This document shows positions 19,364 to 28,592 of a stretch of DNA of 64,000 nucleotides, piece by piece (the stretch's first letter is position 1; the number at the start of each line of letters is the position of its first letter). The translations under genes were made by a program, and so were the position numbers. The stretch comes from Candidatus Sulfopaludibacter sp. SbA3 (GTDB lineage: Bacteria > Acidobacteriota > Terriglobia > 20CM-2-55-15), in NCBI GenBank assembly GCA_945865815.1, contig CAMBFR010000009.1, positions 689 to 64,688 on the forward strand, written 5' to 3'. Below the pieces are notes generated by a model. The model was not told where the DNA came from, searched no databases, and saw nothing but the letters and a program-made list of their open reading frames with translations.

Positions 19364-20194
19364 TTATTGGATTGCTTCCCGAACGCAGCGAAAGCCGATG
19401 TTGATGCTTCTTCCGTTTGGCTCGAGCGTGAGGCGGCTTGATACGCGCGTGTTCCAGGCGCCGTCGAACCAGGCACCGCCGCGCTGCACACGATGCTGGC
19501 CGGTGGGCGGCCCTGCGGGATCGCTGGGCGGGCCTTCCCGGTAGTAATCGGCGCCGTACCAGTCCTGCACCCATTCCCAGACGTTTCCGTGCATATCGAA
19601 CAGGCCCCATCGGTTCGGCTGCTTCTGTCCTACCGGGTGCGTCTGGTTTCCATTGTCCGACAGCCGTCTTCCATAGGTGGATTCATCGGTTCTCCAGAGA
19701 GCATCCGCATTCAGATAGATGCCGCCGGAATTGTTTCCATACCAGCCCAGGTCATCCAGCGGCCCGGCATAGGCTCCCGTCGTTCCGGCTCGCGCGGCGA
19801 ACTCCCACTCCGCCTCCGTCGGCAATCGATAGCGATAGCCGTCCTGTTGCGCATTCAGCTCTTCGAGAAACTGCTGCACAGCATTCCAGCTCACTTGCTC
19901 CACGGGGCGATCCGATCCCCTGAAACGGCTGGGATTGGTTCCCATCACCGATTGCCACTGCGCCTGTGTCACTTCGTACTTCCCTATCTCGAATGCCTTT
20001 GTGATTTCCACCCGATGCGCCTGCTTCTCGTTGTCATCGCATTCGTCGTCGCCCGTGGAGCAGCCCATCAGGAACTCACCCGGCTGAATGCGGACAAATT
20101 CCATCCCTGTCACAGTCTGCTGCCGGGCCACTGCAGCGAAGGATGGGGCGCCCAGCAGGAGTGCAAGAGCCAGCACGCTTCTCCAGTTTGCCAT
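19364..20194 (-). CDS. Secreted FGE/SUMF1-fold (sulfatase-modifying factor-like) protein
   Basis: Signal peptide from ATG 20194 (TGATG overlap). GEFLMG, YEVTQAQW, RLPTEAEWEFAAR, GLFDMHGNVWEW, RGGAW, GFRC. Confidence 0.9.
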   Translation of the reverse strand: MANWRSVLALALLLGAPSFAAVARQQTVTGMEFVRIQPGEFLMGCSTGDDECDDNEKQAHRVEITKAFEIGKYEVTQAQWQSVMGTNPSRFRGSDRPVEQVSWNAVQQFLEELNAQQDGYRYRLPTEAEWEFAARAGTTGAYAGPLDDLGWYGNNSGGIYLNADALWRTDESTYGRRLSDNGNQTHPVGQKQPNRWGLFDMHGNVWEWVQDWYGADYYREGPPSDPAGPPTGQHRVQRGGAWFDGAWNTRVSSRLTLEPNGRSINIGFRCVREAIQ

Positions 20195-21270
20195 CACCAC
20201 AACTCCCCACGTTTCCTCTTCAGCAGCACGATGAAGAACGGGCCTCCGAGCAGAGCGGTGATCACTCCGACCGGAATCTCGGTGGGAGCAAACATCGTGC
20301 GCGCGGCAGTGTCGCAGACGATCAGAAACACCGCGCCGATGAGAAACGATGCTGGAATCAGGGTACGATGGTCGGGACCGATGATCAGGCGCAGTGTGTG
20401 CGGCACGATCAGTCCCACAAAGCCGATCGGCCCGCAAAACGCGGTCACGGCGCCTGTCAGCAGCGAACCCGCAAAATACGAAACCGTTTTCAGCCGGTCC
20501 ACATCGACTCCGCGCGTCGTGGCCCAGTCCTCACCGGCAGCAAGCGGGTTGAGCCGCGGCGATATCCACACGAGGGCGAGCAACGCCAGGCCGACGAACG
20601 GCGCCGTTCCCCGCACGGTTCCCATATCGGCCGTGTCGAGGCCGCCCATCATCCATTGAACCATCTGGTAGGACTGCGCGAAGTTCGAGGCATAGTGGAC
20701 GAATACAATCAGCGCGCCAAAGACGAAATTCAGTGTGACTCCGGCCAGCAGCAGCGTAAAGGCCGGAAGCGCGTTGCCTGTGCGGGCGACAAAAAAGACC
20801 AGCAGCATCGTCAGCGCAGCGCCGACGAACGCCGCAACCGATATGACGGGAACTCCAAGTAGAACGACGTTCCAGCCCAGCCAGATCGCAAGCACCGCTC
20901 CGAACGAACTTCCCGTCGAGATCCCGAGAGTGAAGGGGTCGGCGAGCGAATTTCGAAGGATTGCCTGAAAAAGAACTCCCGCTACCGCGAGTGATCCGCC
21001 CACAAGAGCGCCGAAGAGCACTCGTGGCAGCCGGGCAATGACAAAGATTTCCCAATCGGGGCTCGCGCCCGCGAGGACCCGCTCCCAGGTAATGCCAACG
21101 AGTCCGATCCATGGAGCAATCGCCACGACGATCAGGAACAGCAGCAGGCATGGTCCGACCACGACGAGGAATCGCCGGAAGGACAGCGCGCCTTCAACTC
21201 GCCGGGACGATATAGTTGCCCCGGCCGTCGGGACGCTGGAAGACGGAGGCGGCGATTTCAAAGATTTCAT
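20194..21270 (-). CDS. FecCD/BtuC-family ABC permease (iron chelate or cobalamin)
   Basis: RLPR, RNSLADPFTLG, IGFVGLIVPH, EIPVGVITALLGGPFF. True start is probably nearer 21200. Confidence 0.9.
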   Translation of the reverse strand: MKSLKSPPPSSSVPTAGATISSRRVEGALSFRRFLVVVGPCLLLFLIVVAIAPWIGLVGITWERVLAGASPDWEIFVIARLPRVLFGALVGGSLAVAGVLFQAILRNSLADPFTLGISTGSSFGAVLAIWLGWNVVLLGVPVISVAAFVGAALTMLLVFFVARTGNALPAFTLLLAGVTLNFVFGALIVFVHYASNFAQSYQMVQWMMGGLDTADMGTVRGTAPFVGLALLALVWISPRLNPLAAGEDWATTRGVDVDRLKTVSYFAGSLLTGAVTAFCGPIGFVGLIVPHTLRLIIGPDHRTLIPASFLIGAVFLIVCDTAARTMFAPTEIPVGVITALLGGPFFIVLLKRKRGELW

Positions 21271-21970
21271 AAAGGTGTTGCGGCGTTAAAACGGCTTCGG
21301 GACTTCCGTCCGCGGCAAAACGTCCGTCGCGAACGGCAATCATGCGCCGCGCATACCGGGCAGCGAGATTGATGTCATGCGTCACGCTGATTATGGTCAT
21401 CTGACGTTCGAGATTGAGCCGCTCCAGGATGTCATAGAACTGCATTTGGTGTTTCAAGTCGAGATACACGGTCGGTTCATCCAGTAGCAGCACTTCCGGA
21501 TCCTGAGCCAGCGCGCTGGCGAGAACCACTCGCTGCCTTTCTCCTCCGCTGAGTTCGCTGAAGGTCTTGCGAGAGAGGGCGGCGGTATCCGTCAATTCCA
21601 TCGCGGCATTGGCCCCTTCCAGATCGGCTGGGCTGTCGAAGAATCCTTCCCGATGCGGCAACCGGCCCATCAGCACGATTTCGCCCGCGCTAAATGGAAA
21701 TACGACATGCGTTTCCTGGGGAACGAATGCGACCTGCCTTGCGAGCTCTTGTGCGCTCATGCGAGCCAGGTTGTTTTCTCCAAACTGCACATCGCCTTTG
21801 TAGCGGCGCAGAAGGCCCGCGAGAACCTTGAGGAAAGTGGACTTTCCCGCGCCGTTGGGGCCGATGACAGCGACGAACTCTCCGCGGCCGATCTCTGTGG
21901 AAATGCCCTGCAACACGGGAGTGCGACTGTAAGAAAACTGCAGGTCTTTAACCCGGTAAGCTGCCGTCAC
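21194..21970 (-). CDS. FepC/BtuD-family ABC ATPase
   Basis: GPNGAGKST, LSGGERQRV, LDEPT..LD, THD. Confidence 0.92.
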   Translation of the reverse strand: MTAAYRVKDLQFSYSRTPVLQGISTEIGRGEFVAVIGPNGAGKSTFLKVLAGLLRRYKGDVQFGENNLARMSAQELARQVAFVPQETHVVFPFSAGEIVLMGRLPHREGFFDSPADLEGANAAMELTDTAALSRKTFSELSGGERQRVVLASALAQDPEVLLLDEPTVYLDLKHQMQFYDILERLNLERQMTIISVTHDINLAARYARRMIAVRDGRFAADGSPEAVLTPQHLYEIFEIAASVFQRPDGRGNYIVPAS

Positions 21971-22020
21971 GCAGGTTTTATATCCCAAATGATTCTGAAG
22001 ATCGAATAGAATCCGCGCTT

Positions 22021-23202
22021 ATGAACGGCGCGAAAGAAGCGTGGATCTATGGTCTCACGGCCGCCAGCGCCGCTGCCGTGCTTGTATCCATCGCGGCGTC
22101 ACAGATCCTGCTCGCTGCCGCCTGCCTCGCCTGGATCGTCCTGCGGCCGGCGCCCATGGTCTGGCCCAGCTACATGATCCCCCTGTGCGCCTTTATGGCG
22201 ACGACTGTCGTCTCGCTCATGATTTCTCCCGACCCCGGCGCAGGCTTCGGTTCGATCCGGAAGTTCGTACTTTTTTCGATGGGTCTTCTGGCTGCGAACT
22301 TTGTGACCACAGCCTGGCGGGCGCGCACCTCTCATCGATTGCTGCTCGGAATTGCTGCGGCAACTTCCGTGGTCGCTATTGGACAATTCGCATTCGCCTA
22401 TCAAAAGTTTCTTGTGACACAAGACCTGGCCGACGATCCGACAGTTCTTGCGCGAACGACCGGCTTGATGAGTCATTGGATGACTTTCAGCGGGGAGCAA
22501 CTTCTGGTCTGGTGTGCCGCCATTCCGGCCCTGATCGTTCTTGGCAGGGGCTGGCTGCTGCCAACTTCGCTGGTCGGGGTGTCAATGATACTGAGCTTTA
22601 CACGCAGTGTGTGGCTGGGCGCCGCGGTCGGATTTGTCGTGGCGGCTCTGCTGATGCCCCGAAGGGTCGTGCTGGGTGTGCTGCTGCCGATGGTCCTCGT
22701 GGCCTCGGTCATGTCGGGACTTATCTATCATCGAGTGGCCATGAGCTTCGAGGAAGGATTCGCGCCCGATACGAGCCGTATGGAAATGTTCCGTGTGGGA
22801 ATGGGAATGATCCGGGACCATCCGCTGTTCGGAGTGGGGCCCGAACGCATCTCCGTGGAGTTTCCCCGATACTACGCGGGCAGCAACGACCTCGGCAATT
22901 TTTACTACGGCCATCTCCACAACAACATTCTGCAGATTGCGGCAGAGCGTGGGCTGCTTTGCCTGGCAGCGTTCCTCTGGCTCATTGTCGCAATCTACAC
23001 GCACCTGGTTAAGATGCATAAGACGGCCGATGAAGGCTCGCGATGGGCCACGCTCTCGGCGCTTTCAGCCCTGACAGGGTTTCTCGTTGCCGGACTGTTC
23101 GAATACAATTTCGGGGATTCCGAAGTGCTGCTGCTGTTGCTGTTTATCCTATCGGTTCCTTACGGCCTGGCCGGACAGAAGTCACAATCTTTCGCAAAAT
23201 GA
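22021..23202 (+). CDS. O-antigen ligase-like (WaaL/Wzy_C) membrane protein
   Basis: Multi-TM protein with SFTRS, HPLFGVG and HLHNNILQIAAERG motifs. Confidence 0.87.
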   Translation: MNGAKEAWIYGLTAASAAAVLVSIAASQILLAAACLAWIVLRPAPMVWPSYMIPLCAFMATTVVSLMISPDPGAGFGSIRKFVLFSMGLLAANFVTTAWRARTSHRLLLGIAAATSVVAIGQFAFAYQKFLVTQDLADDPTVLARTTGLMSHWMTFSGEQLLVWCAAIPALIVLGRGWLLPTSLVGVSMILSFTRSVWLGAAVGFVVAALLMPRRVVLGVLLPMVLVASVMSGLIYHRVAMSFEEGFAPDTSRMEMFRVGMGMIRDHPLFGVGPERISVEFPRYYAGSNDLGNFYYGHLHNNILQIAAERGLLCLAAFLWLIVAIYTHLVKMHKTADEGSRWATLSALSALTGFLVAGLFEYNFGDSEVLLLLLFILSVPYGLAGQKSQSFAK

Positions 23203-24581
23203 CAGACGACGAACTAAAGAACCTGACGCTGACCCAGGCGGCCCAGCTGATCCGCCGCAAGAAAATCTCACCGGTGGAATTGACCGAGGCCGTTCTCGGC
23301 CGCATGGACCGTTTGAACGAACGGATGCGCGCATTCATCACGATCACTGCCGATTCCGCTATGGATGCTGCGCGCGCGGCAGAGCGGCGGATTAAAGCCG
23401 GCCGGGATCTCGGACCGCTCCACGGCGTGCCGATGAGTGTCAAGGATCTCTACGACACCAGGGGTATTCGCACCACGGCAGGATCGCAGGTTTTCGCCGA
23501 GCGCGTTCCAACCGAAGACGCAGCGGCCGTAAGGAAACTGAAACTGGCCGGCGCCGTTCTCATCGGAAAGACGAACATGCACGAGTTCGCATTCGGCGTC
23601 ACGACGGTGAATCCGCATTATGGAGCGGCACGTAATCCATGGGATCTGAACCGGGTTTCCGGCGGATCGAGCGGTGGTTCTGCCAGCGCCGTGGCGCTTT
23701 CCATGGGCTTTGGATCGCTGGGATCGGATACGGGCGGCTCGATACGGATCCCCGCCGCTCTGTGCGGCATTGTCGGCTTGAAGCCAACGTACGGCATGGT
23801 GAGCCTGGAAGGAGTGCTTCCCCTGTCTGCTTCCCTGGACCATGCCGGGCCGATGGCTCAGACCGTTGAAGACGCGGCGCTCCTGCTGGGCGTTATTGCC
23901 CGTGGGAAGGTTCCAAATTACACGAAAGCGCTGACCGGCAAAATCAAGGGGATCAAGGTTGGGGTTCCCGGTTCTTACTTCTTCGACCGGGTTTCGCCCG
24001 AAGTGGAGTCCGCCGTCCGCGCCGGCTTGAAGCGGCTTGAAAAACTGGGCGTCCGCCTGGTTGAAGTGGATATGCCAACGGCGCGTTTGCAGGGACAGAT
24101 TTTCAGGGACATTGTCGCTTCCGAAGCCTACTTCTGGCATGAGAGATATTTGAAGACGCAGGGCGAAAACTACGGCGCGGACGTTCGCGAGCGACTGGAG
24201 TTCGGAAGCCGCGTTCTTTATGTGGACTACGCGCGGGCCCAGCGGGCGAGAGGCGTCATCAAGATGGAGTGCGATGCGATTTTTGATGCCGTCGACGTCA
24301 TGATCACGCCCACAGTGCCGATTGCCGCGCCTGGAATTGGAGAGTCCACCGCACAGTGGGGCGAGGTGACCGAACAACTGGGGTCCACCCTGACTCGATT
24401 CACGCGGCCGTTCAATCTGGCAGGTCTTCCTGCGATTTCCATCCCATGCGGATTCACTGCCGGCGGCCTGCCGATCGGCATGCAGATCGCGGGCAGGGCG
24501 ATGGGCGAATCGACTGTACTGCGCGTGGCCCACGCTTATGAACAGTCGATGCCGTGGTTCAAACGAAGGCCGATCATCTAG
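23199..24581 (+). CDS. Amidase signature family protein (GatA-like)
   Basis: HGVPMSVKD, GGSSGGS, GSDTGGSIRIPA, GLKPT. ATGA overlap with the upstream gene. Confidence 0.92.
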   Translation: MTDDELKNLTLTQAAQLIRRKKISPVELTEAVLGRMDRLNERMRAFITITADSAMDAARAAERRIKAGRDLGPLHGVPMSVKDLYDTRGIRTTAGSQVFAERVPTEDAAAVRKLKLAGAVLIGKTNMHEFAFGVTTVNPHYGAARNPWDLNRVSGGSSGGSASAVALSMGFGSLGSDTGGSIRIPAALCGIVGLKPTYGMVSLEGVLPLSASLDHAGPMAQTVEDAALLLGVIARGKVPNYTKALTGKIKGIKVGVPGSYFFDRVSPEVESAVRAGLKRLEKLGVRLVEVDMPTARLQGQIFRDIVASEAYFWHERYLKTQGENYGADVRERLEFGSRVLYVDYARAQRARGVIKMECDAIFDAVDVMITPTVPIAAPGIGESTAQWGEVTEQLGSTLTRFTRPFNLAGLPAISIPCGFTAGGLPIGMQIAGRAMGESTVLRVAHAYEQSMPWFKRRPII

Positions 24582-24626
24582 AGAAAATCCGACGAGAGTG
24601 GTTCTAGAAGCGATGGATCAAAGAGG

Positions 24627-24949
24627 TTGAGCATTACATTTGAACTGGTACGCGTACTCGTGGCGCAGGGCGACGTGCAGGTATCCATTCACGGCTACGA
24701 GGAACTCGCCGCGGACGATGTGCACGTGCGCGATGTCATCGACGGATTGGCAACCGCTGTTTTGGTTGAAGAATATCCGGACTACGCGAAGGGTCCATGT
24801 GTTTTGTTACTTGAGCAAGATAGAATGAATCAACCAATTCAGTACTGTGGGGTATCCCCGCTGGTCAGAATTCCCCGGCAGTCGTGATCACAGCATACCG
24901 ACCAGACCCCGCAAGGTGGGACGAGACTTGGCTAAGGAGGAGAACATGA
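24627..24949 (+). pseudogene. DUF4258-like (putative toxin) gene with a frameshift near 24841
   Basis: N-part ...VEEYPDYAKGPCVLLL..QPI continues in another frame as VLWGIPAGQNSPAVVITAYRPDPARW...RRRT*, ending in an ATGA overlap with the next gene. Confidence 0.75.
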
Positions 24950-25165
24950 GTGCTAAGACCATCAAGAAACTCGTTCGTGCTGGCGATTTCGTCGCAGAAG
25001 TGGATGTCCACCTTGCTGGAAGGCGAGGGTGGTTGGCCACCGTATTTTTCCTTGGATGATGCGTACAAACTCGACGACGTGCGGGACGCCTTGAGTGTGG
25101 GTGATCTAAAGCGGGCTTCTCAGCTCGCTAGCCACGTTTACCGCCTCATACCGGTCGAAGCCTGA
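24946..25165 (+). pseudogene. Partner (putative antitoxin) gene with a frameshift near 25010
   Basis: AGGAGG RBS and MSAKTIKKLVRAGDFVAEVDV, continuing in a shifted frame as LLEGEGGWPPYFSLDDAYKLDDVRDAL...*. Confidence 0.7.
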
Positions 25166-25185
25166 GCAGGCTCTCTAACAAGGGC

Positions 25186-25935
25186 ATGGACACAGGTGCG
25201 GTCGTCGAAATCGAAATGAAGGCAGAGAGCGAACAGGAACTCGATCGATTCTGGGCTTATGAACTGGGCATGGATTCCGGTCTGGCAAATGCGCCTCGCA
25301 TCTGCTGTACGGTGCAGCACATTTATTCGGGCGTGCAACTTTTCCGGAACAGTGAGCAGCTAGTTGTCGCATCTCCGCCTTCCAGAGCCGAATTCATCCA
25401 GGATGCCCTCACCGATGGCTCGGCTGAGGAATTATTTTCGGTCGAATGGCTCCAACGCGTGCTCTCCAAGGATGCCGAGAAGATTCTCGGGCCCGCGGAG
25501 GTCCACTACGCTGACGAAACGACTTTTCGATCAGCGCGGATCCACTCTGCCCGAGCTCTTTCAGCATCCGATTCTGTTGCCCACAAGGCGCTTGTGGCCG
25601 CACTCGACCCAGGAGAGGTGGAAGACAGTGGGATTTCCGCACAGGCGGCTCCAGCTTTTGGCGCGTTCTGTGACGATAGGCTCTGCGCCGTGGCAAGCTA
25701 CGAAGTCTGGAAGCCATCTATTGCTCATATCACGGTCGCCATACACCCGGATTACCGCCGTCGTGGATTTGCGAAGGCCGCGGTCGGGGCTCTCGCCGCG
25801 GATGCATTGGATCGTGGGTTGATTCTTCAGTGGCGGGCGGTGGCCTGGAACAAGAACTCTCTCGCGGTCGCGCGCGACCTGGGTTTCAAGTACTATTGCT
25901 CCACGCTCTATGTTCGTCTTCGAGACTCCGGATGA
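25186..25935 (+). CDS. GNAT family N-acetyltransferase
   Basis: C-terminal acetyl-CoA motif HPDYRRRGFAK and N..S..VARDLGF. Confidence 0.85.
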   Translation: MDTGAVVEIEMKAESEQELDRFWAYELGMDSGLANAPRICCTVQHIYSGVQLFRNSEQLVVASPPSRAEFIQDALTDGSAEELFSVEWLQRVLSKDAEKILGPAEVHYADETTFRSARIHSARALSASDSVAHKALVAALDPGEVEDSGISAQAAPAFGAFCDDRLCAVASYEVWKPSIAHITVAIHPDYRRRGFAKAAVGALAADALDRGLILQWRAVAWNKNSLAVARDLGFKYYCSTLYVRLRDSG

Positions 25936-25976
25936 CAACAACTTGCCCAAACATGGCATCTGGACGAGAATGAGGT

Positions 25977-26198
25977 ATGAGCGTTCGCATTGAAGAAATT
26001 CTCACCCTTAGCCTGAAAAAGCGCCTTGAAATCATCGAAGAAATCTGGGACAGCATCGCCTCAGATCCAGAGGCGATTCCCCTTACAAGCGCGCAGCGCA
26101 GAGAGTTGGACCGACGCAAGCGAGAACATCGCGCCGATCCATCTGCCGCAAAACCCTGGTCCGAAGTTCGCGACCGCCTTCAAAAAAGAAGGAAGTGA
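25977..26198 (+). CDS. Addiction-module antitoxin (TIGR02574-like)
   Basis: 'LSLKKRLEIIEEIWDSI...ELDRR...PWSEV' pattern; GTGA overlap with a RelE/ParE gene. Confidence 0.88.
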   Translation: MSVRIEEILTLSLKKRLEIIEEIWDSIASDPEAIPLTSAQRRELDRRKREHRADPSAAKPWSEVRDRLQKRRK

Positions 26199-26491
26199 AG
26201 GCGAGGCTCACCACCGAGGCCGATCAGGATGCTCAGCAAGCCATCGATTGGTATGACGAAAGAGATAACGAACTTGGCGACGATTTCTTGCGGAAGATTA
26301 ATGACTGCATCACGTCAATCGAGGAAAACCCTCAGCAGTTTCCTGTAGTGCATCGCCAGATGAGGCGGGCGTTGGTCAGGCGATTTCCTTACGAGATTCT
26401 TTTCGAGATCGTGAATCAGGAAATCATTATCTACGCGATTTATCACTGCGCCGGAGATCCGGAGATCTGGAAGCGACGTCGGGATGCTTAA
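26195..26491 (+). CDS. RelE/ParE family type II toxin
   Basis: 'EA.QD...AIDWY...LGDDF', 'RRALVRRFPY', 'IYAIYH'. Confidence 0.88.
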   Translation: MKARLTTEADQDAQQAIDWYDERDNELGDDFLRKINDCITSIEENPQQFPVVHRQMRRALVRRFPYEILFEIVNQEIIIYAIYHCAGDPEIWKRRRDA

Positions 26492-26522
26492 CCAGGCGCT
26501 GTAAACTGACGGGACACTACTG

Positions 26523-28025
26523 ATGTTCAGCAAAATCCTGATCGCCAATCGAGGCGAGATAGCCGTGCGCGTGATTCGTGCATGCCGCGAGATGGGAATA
26601 CCGACGGTAGCGGTGTATTCGGAGGCCGACCGCGGCGCCCTCCATGTTCGTATGGCGGACGAGGCCTACGCGATCGGCCCGGCGCCATCGCGTGAAAGCT
26701 ATCTCGTCATAGAGAAGCTCATTGACGTTGCGCTGCGTTCCAAGGCTGCCGCTATTCATCCCGGCTACGGATTCCTTGCAGAAAATGCCTCGTTCGCAAA
26801 GGCCTGCGTCGACGCCGGAATCACATTTATAGGGCCCGCGCCGGAATCCATCGGTTTGATGGGATCCAAAGTGGAATCCCGGCGAGCCGTGGCCCAATAC
26901 GGTGTCGAGATGGTGCCGGGTACGCTGGATCCGGTCTCATCGGAGGAAGAAGCCCTTCGCATTGCATCGGCCATCGGTTATCCGGTCATGATCAAGGCGT
27001 CGGCGGGCGGGGGCGGCAAGGGACTGCGATTCGTCAAATCCGAACAAGAGATGGAGAGCGCCCTCCGAAATACGCGTTCGGAGGCGCTTTCGGCGTTTGG
27101 CGACGACGCCGTCTATATCGAGAAATTCGTGGAGCGGCCGCGGCATATCGAGATTCAGGTGCTGGCGGATCTTCACGGAAACGCGGTTTATCTTGGCGAG
27201 CGGGAATGCACGATCCAGCGCCGGCATCAGAAGGTCATCGAAGAATGCCCTTCGCCGGTGGTGGATGCGGACCTCAGGGCGCGCATGGGTGAGGCTGCGC
27301 TGAAAGTCGTCAAGGCGGCGCGCTACAACAATGCGGGAACCGTGGAATTCCTGGTGGATCGAAATTTCAGGTTCTATTTCCTCGAAATGAATACACGGCT
27401 CCAGGTCGAACACCCGGTGACGGAGATGGTTACCGGCATCGACCTAGTGAAGCAGCAGATCCGGATCGCCGCGGGTGAAAAGCTGGCATTTCGGCAGGAG
27501 GACGTTGCGCTGCGGGGATCCGCCATAGAGTGCCGCATCTATGCCGAGGATCCGGACAACAATTTCTTTCCGTCGCCGGGTAAGATTCATTTCCTGCGCA
27601 CTCCCTCCGGCCCTGGAATTCGCGATGACAGCGGCGTGTACGAAGGCTGGACTGTGCCGATCGATTATGACCCGCTCATCTCGAAGCTTGCCACATGGGG
27701 TGCGACGCGCGATGAAGCGCTGCAGAGAATGAAGCGCGCGCTGCGCGAATATCGCGTTGAGGGAATCAAGACGAATATATCGTTCTTCATGGAGATACTC
27801 GGCCATCCGGATTTTGAACGGGGCGAACTGGATACCGGCTTCATCGATCGATGGCTCGAAAACCGCGGCCCTGAATCCAGGATCTCCGGCGTCGAGCAGG
27901 ATCTGGCCGTTGTTGCCGCCGCGCTCCACTACACCGGGAAGCCGGCGCCCATTCTTCGGGAGGGCAAACCCGCCGAGAGCCCCTGGAAAACATCGGGCCG
28001 CATTCGAGCGCTCCGCCGCAGATGA
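26523..28025 (+). CDS. accC: Biotin carboxylase subunit (acetyl/propionyl-CoA carboxylase)
   Basis: KILIANRGEIAVR, HPGYGFLAEN, GGGGKG, ERECTIQRRHQK, EMNTRLQVEHPVTE. Confidence 0.95.
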   Translation: MFSKILIANRGEIAVRVIRACREMGIPTVAVYSEADRGALHVRMADEAYAIGPAPSRESYLVIEKLIDVALRSKAAAIHPGYGFLAENASFAKACVDAGITFIGPAPESIGLMGSKVESRRAVAQYGVEMVPGTLDPVSSEEEALRIASAIGYPVMIKASAGGGGKGLRFVKSEQEMESALRNTRSEALSAFGDDAVYIEKFVERPRHIEIQVLADLHGNAVYLGERECTIQRRHQKVIEECPSPVVDADLRARMGEAALKVVKAARYNNAGTVEFLVDRNFRFYFLEMNTRLQVEHPVTEMVTGIDLVKQQIRIAAGEKLAFRQEDVALRGSAIECRIYAEDPDNNFFPSPGKIHFLRTPSGPGIRDDSGVYEGWTVPIDYDPLISKLATWGATRDEALQRMKRALREYRVEGIKTNISFFMEILGHPDFERGELDTGFIDRWLENRGPESRISGVEQDLAVVAAALHYTGKPAPILREGKPAESPWKTSGRIRALRRR

Positions 28026-28525
28026 AGTACACCGCGATCATTCAGGGCGAACGCGTTGAAGTCGAACTGAACCGGGCCTCGGATGTCCCCGGACGTATTG
28101 ACGCTCGCATTGGCGGCCGTGCTTACACTTTGGAAGGGCGGGAGGTCGAACCAGGCCTTTACGCGTTTATCTGGGAAAACAGATCGTTTGAGATCGCGGT
28201 GGCCGGGAATGCGGAAGGCTATACCGTTTCCATTGGCCGCTTCCGGGTTCCCGTCGAGATCGTGGATTCCCGCACGGCCCTGCGGCGTGCCGCTCACCAG
28301 GGACACGAAGGCGCAATGGAGGTACGGGCGCCGATGCCCGGAAAAATCGTAAAGATTCTGGTAGCCGAGAACGCCGAGCTTCAACTGAATCAGGGCATCG
28401 TCGTCATGGAAGCGATGAAGATGCAGAATGAGATCAAGTCCCCGAAAAAAGGAACCGTGCGCAAGCTTGCTGTGAAAGAGGGCGCCGCCGTGAATGCGGG
28501 TGATCTGCTGGCGGCGATTGAGTGA
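28022..28525 (+). CDS. Biotin carboxyl carrier protein
   Basis: APMPGKI and EAMKMQNEI biotinylation motif; ATGA overlap. Confidence 0.93.
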   Translation: MKYTAIIQGERVEVELNRASDVPGRIDARIGGRAYTLEGREVEPGLYAFIWENRSFEIAVAGNAEGYTVSIGRFRVPVEIVDSRTALRRAAHQGHEGAMEVRAPMPGKIVKILVAENAELQLNQGIVVMEAMKMQNEIKSPKKGTVRKLAVKEGAAVNAGDLLAAIE

Positions 28526-28545
28526 GGAGTGGGATCAGGAGATGG

Positions 28546-28573
28546 GCACGGGGCTCAAGCCCCGCGCCCACAG
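28546..28573. repeat. REP-like palindrome copy
   Basis: gcacggggctcaagccccgcgcccacag, between convergent genes. Confidence 0.75.
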
Positions 28574-28592
28574 TGTTTGTTATTTCTGGCGG

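Noticed and set aside
19364..19520. FGE/CLec-fold C-terminus followed by hairpins, as a possible diversity-generating retroelement target
   Set aside because: No reverse transcriptase and no adenine-variant template repeat were seen in the window. The hairpins belong to a dispersed REP family.
23199..24581. Calling the amidase gatA
   Set aside because: No gatB or gatC adjacent, and only generic amidase-signature motifs are present.
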